In this document: in pieces, positions 19,438-21,150 of the stretch
How positions within the stretch are numbered: position 1 is the first letter of the stretch
How the letters are laid out: every line of letters begins with the position of its first letter
Source: Octopus sinensis
Lineage: Eukaryota
NCBI RefSeq assembly: GCF_006345805.1
Contig: NW_021823801.1
Location: forward strand, 1-21,150
Direction: 5' to 3'
Length of the DNA stretch: 21,150 bases
Notes under the pieces: model-generated
Databases searched by the model: none
What the model was told of the DNA's origin: nothing
What the model saw: the letters and a program-made list of their open reading frames with translations, nothing else
Translations under genes and position numbers: made by a program

Positions 19438-19604
19438 TATATATATATATAAATGATGGAAGTTATAATATCATACCAGCTAATTTCCAGAATTATAGAT
19501 CTCACTTTCGAGAAATGAGTAAACACATGCCTGAAAAGGGGAGGCACGATTGTTTCGGGTACTAGCAGAGAGTTGGGGGATGTTGTCTATTCTGCTTGTG
19601 TTGT

Positions 19605-19740
19605 TGTTATGATGATGATGATGAGGATGAGGAGGAGGAGGAGGAGGAAGTGGAGGAGGAGGAGGAAGAGGAGGACAATGATGAGGTTCCTGGTGGTAGT
19701 GGTGATGATGATGACGATGACGGTGGTAATGATGGTCTTG
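19605..19740. repeat. (GAT)n/(GAG)n/(GGT)n trinucleotide repeat
   Basis: Directly visible. Confidence 0.93.
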
Positions 19741-20022
19741 GTGCCAACATGGCAGGCACTAAATTCTTTTGTCGCTTTTTCTTTTGCCCCCCCCCCCGTA
19801 AATATTCCACAGATTCCAAATAATTAATACAAATCTCCGATTAATGGGTCCTCCTTTGATTATGGACTCGTCATACACACGTGATTGTAGTGATGAGGGT
19901 GACGGTGGTAGTGGTGGTGGCAATAGACTCTCTCACCCCCACACTCACATACATATACATATAGCCTACAGTTCACTCTCTGTACGACGGGGATGATATT
20001 TGCTATGATATTGGGGAAGCCC

Positions 20023-20024
<2 letters not shown>

Positions 20025-20068
<44 letters not shown>

Positions 20069-21150
20069 ACTACTCTCTCTCTCTCTCACTCATTCTCTGA
20101 TTCTTTTCTTTCCTCTCCTTCCTCTCGGTTCCTCTCTCTTCTGGCTGTCACGACCTTACTCTCTTTCATACCATCCTCGTTCTTCTCCCAGACTCTCTTT
20201 TTCTCGCCCAGACTCCCCTTTTTTTCCTCAATTTCCATTTTGTCTCCCACTCTTTCCCCTCTATCTTCATTCTCTTTCTGCTGCTCTCCTATCTTATTCG
20301 CAAGTCCTCCTTTAAGGCCACGCACCTTCTTTTTTTTCTGTCTTTCTCCTTCTCAGCCCCTCCTACTATCAAGGCACACCCACCCACTCATCTTTCCTCA
20401 CTCTCTCACTGTCTCCCTTTCGCCCATCTCACATTTCCATCCATACTCTCCCTTCCTCTCTGGCTCTGCTTCGTTTACTTAGCCCTACTTTCGCGCAACC
20501 AGATTCATCTTGTTCTCTGTCTCCTCACCGTGCTTAGGCCAAACTCTAAACCATTTCCAAATCCATTCCTCCTTGTCTCTTACTCTCCCTCTCTCTCCTT
20601 TCACTCTCTCTCTCTCTCTCTCTTTCACACATACGCACAAACACATTCTCTCACCCTTTCTCTTTCACGCAAACACACTTTCCCGCTTACACAATCTTTC
20701 ATATACACACGCCCTTGCCTTCTCCCTCTTACTAACCCTTTCTCGCTTACTCTCTGTCCCTCAATCTTACATACGTACTCTTCCTCCCTCCACTCCCCCT
20801 CTCCCTCCCCCCCTCTCTCTCTCTCTCTTCACACATACTATCCTTCTCTTGTCCCTCAATCTCTCTTTCTCTCTTCCTGCCCTCTATCTTTCAATTTGAT
20901 ACACAACTAGCCCTTTCCGTTCAGGATCTCTCTCTCACTCATACACACACTCGCATACATTCTCTCTCTTTCTCTTTCTCTCTCAGCCCCTCTATTTCTG
21001 TCTCTCACTCCCTTTCTTATTTCTCTCCCAGTCTCTTTGTATTTATCTCTGTCTTCCTCTCTCTGTCATTCTCCCTTCTCTCTCTTTCTTCCTCTCTATT
21101 TCTCTCTCTCTCTTTGTCAGTCACCCCTGTCTTCCTGTCTCTCTTTCACT
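20025..21150. repeat. ~1.1-kb (CT)-rich polypyrimidine/polypurine tract running off the end of the window
   Basis: Directly visible. Begins with a pure (CT)n run. Confidence 0.95.

Noticed and set aside
19596-19823. Acidic poly-D/E ORF
   Set aside because: Explained by (GAT)n/(GAG)n repeats; overlapping frames are equally open.

Overview
Eukaryotic, repeat-dominated genomic DNA, very probably an octopus. That assignment rests on tRNA-derived SINEs resembling the published octopus OK/OR families and on extreme (TA)n/(CA)n microsatellite density; it is from recollection, not a database search. There is no intact protein-coding gene, and nearly all ORFs in the supplied track are translations of microsatellites. 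Recognisable elements: three decayed Penelope-like retroelement fragments (GIY-YIG endonuclease and RT), a 5'-truncated RTE-type LINE, two mariner 5' halves joined in inverted orientation, a Tc1/mariner-superfamily MITE, two non-autonomous Helitrons (one with two 3' termini) and 6-7 SINE copies, three of them with target-site duplications. A few short unique islands carry splice-like signals; the best is 9534-9617 on the minus strand. The most interesting signal is a set of Penelope-type minimal hammerhead-ribozyme motifs, including unusual core variants. Five of them have their core 127-133 nt upstream of a (TA)n array, although the elements are mostly not alignable to one another. All alignments and coordinates were done by eye and may be off by a few bases.
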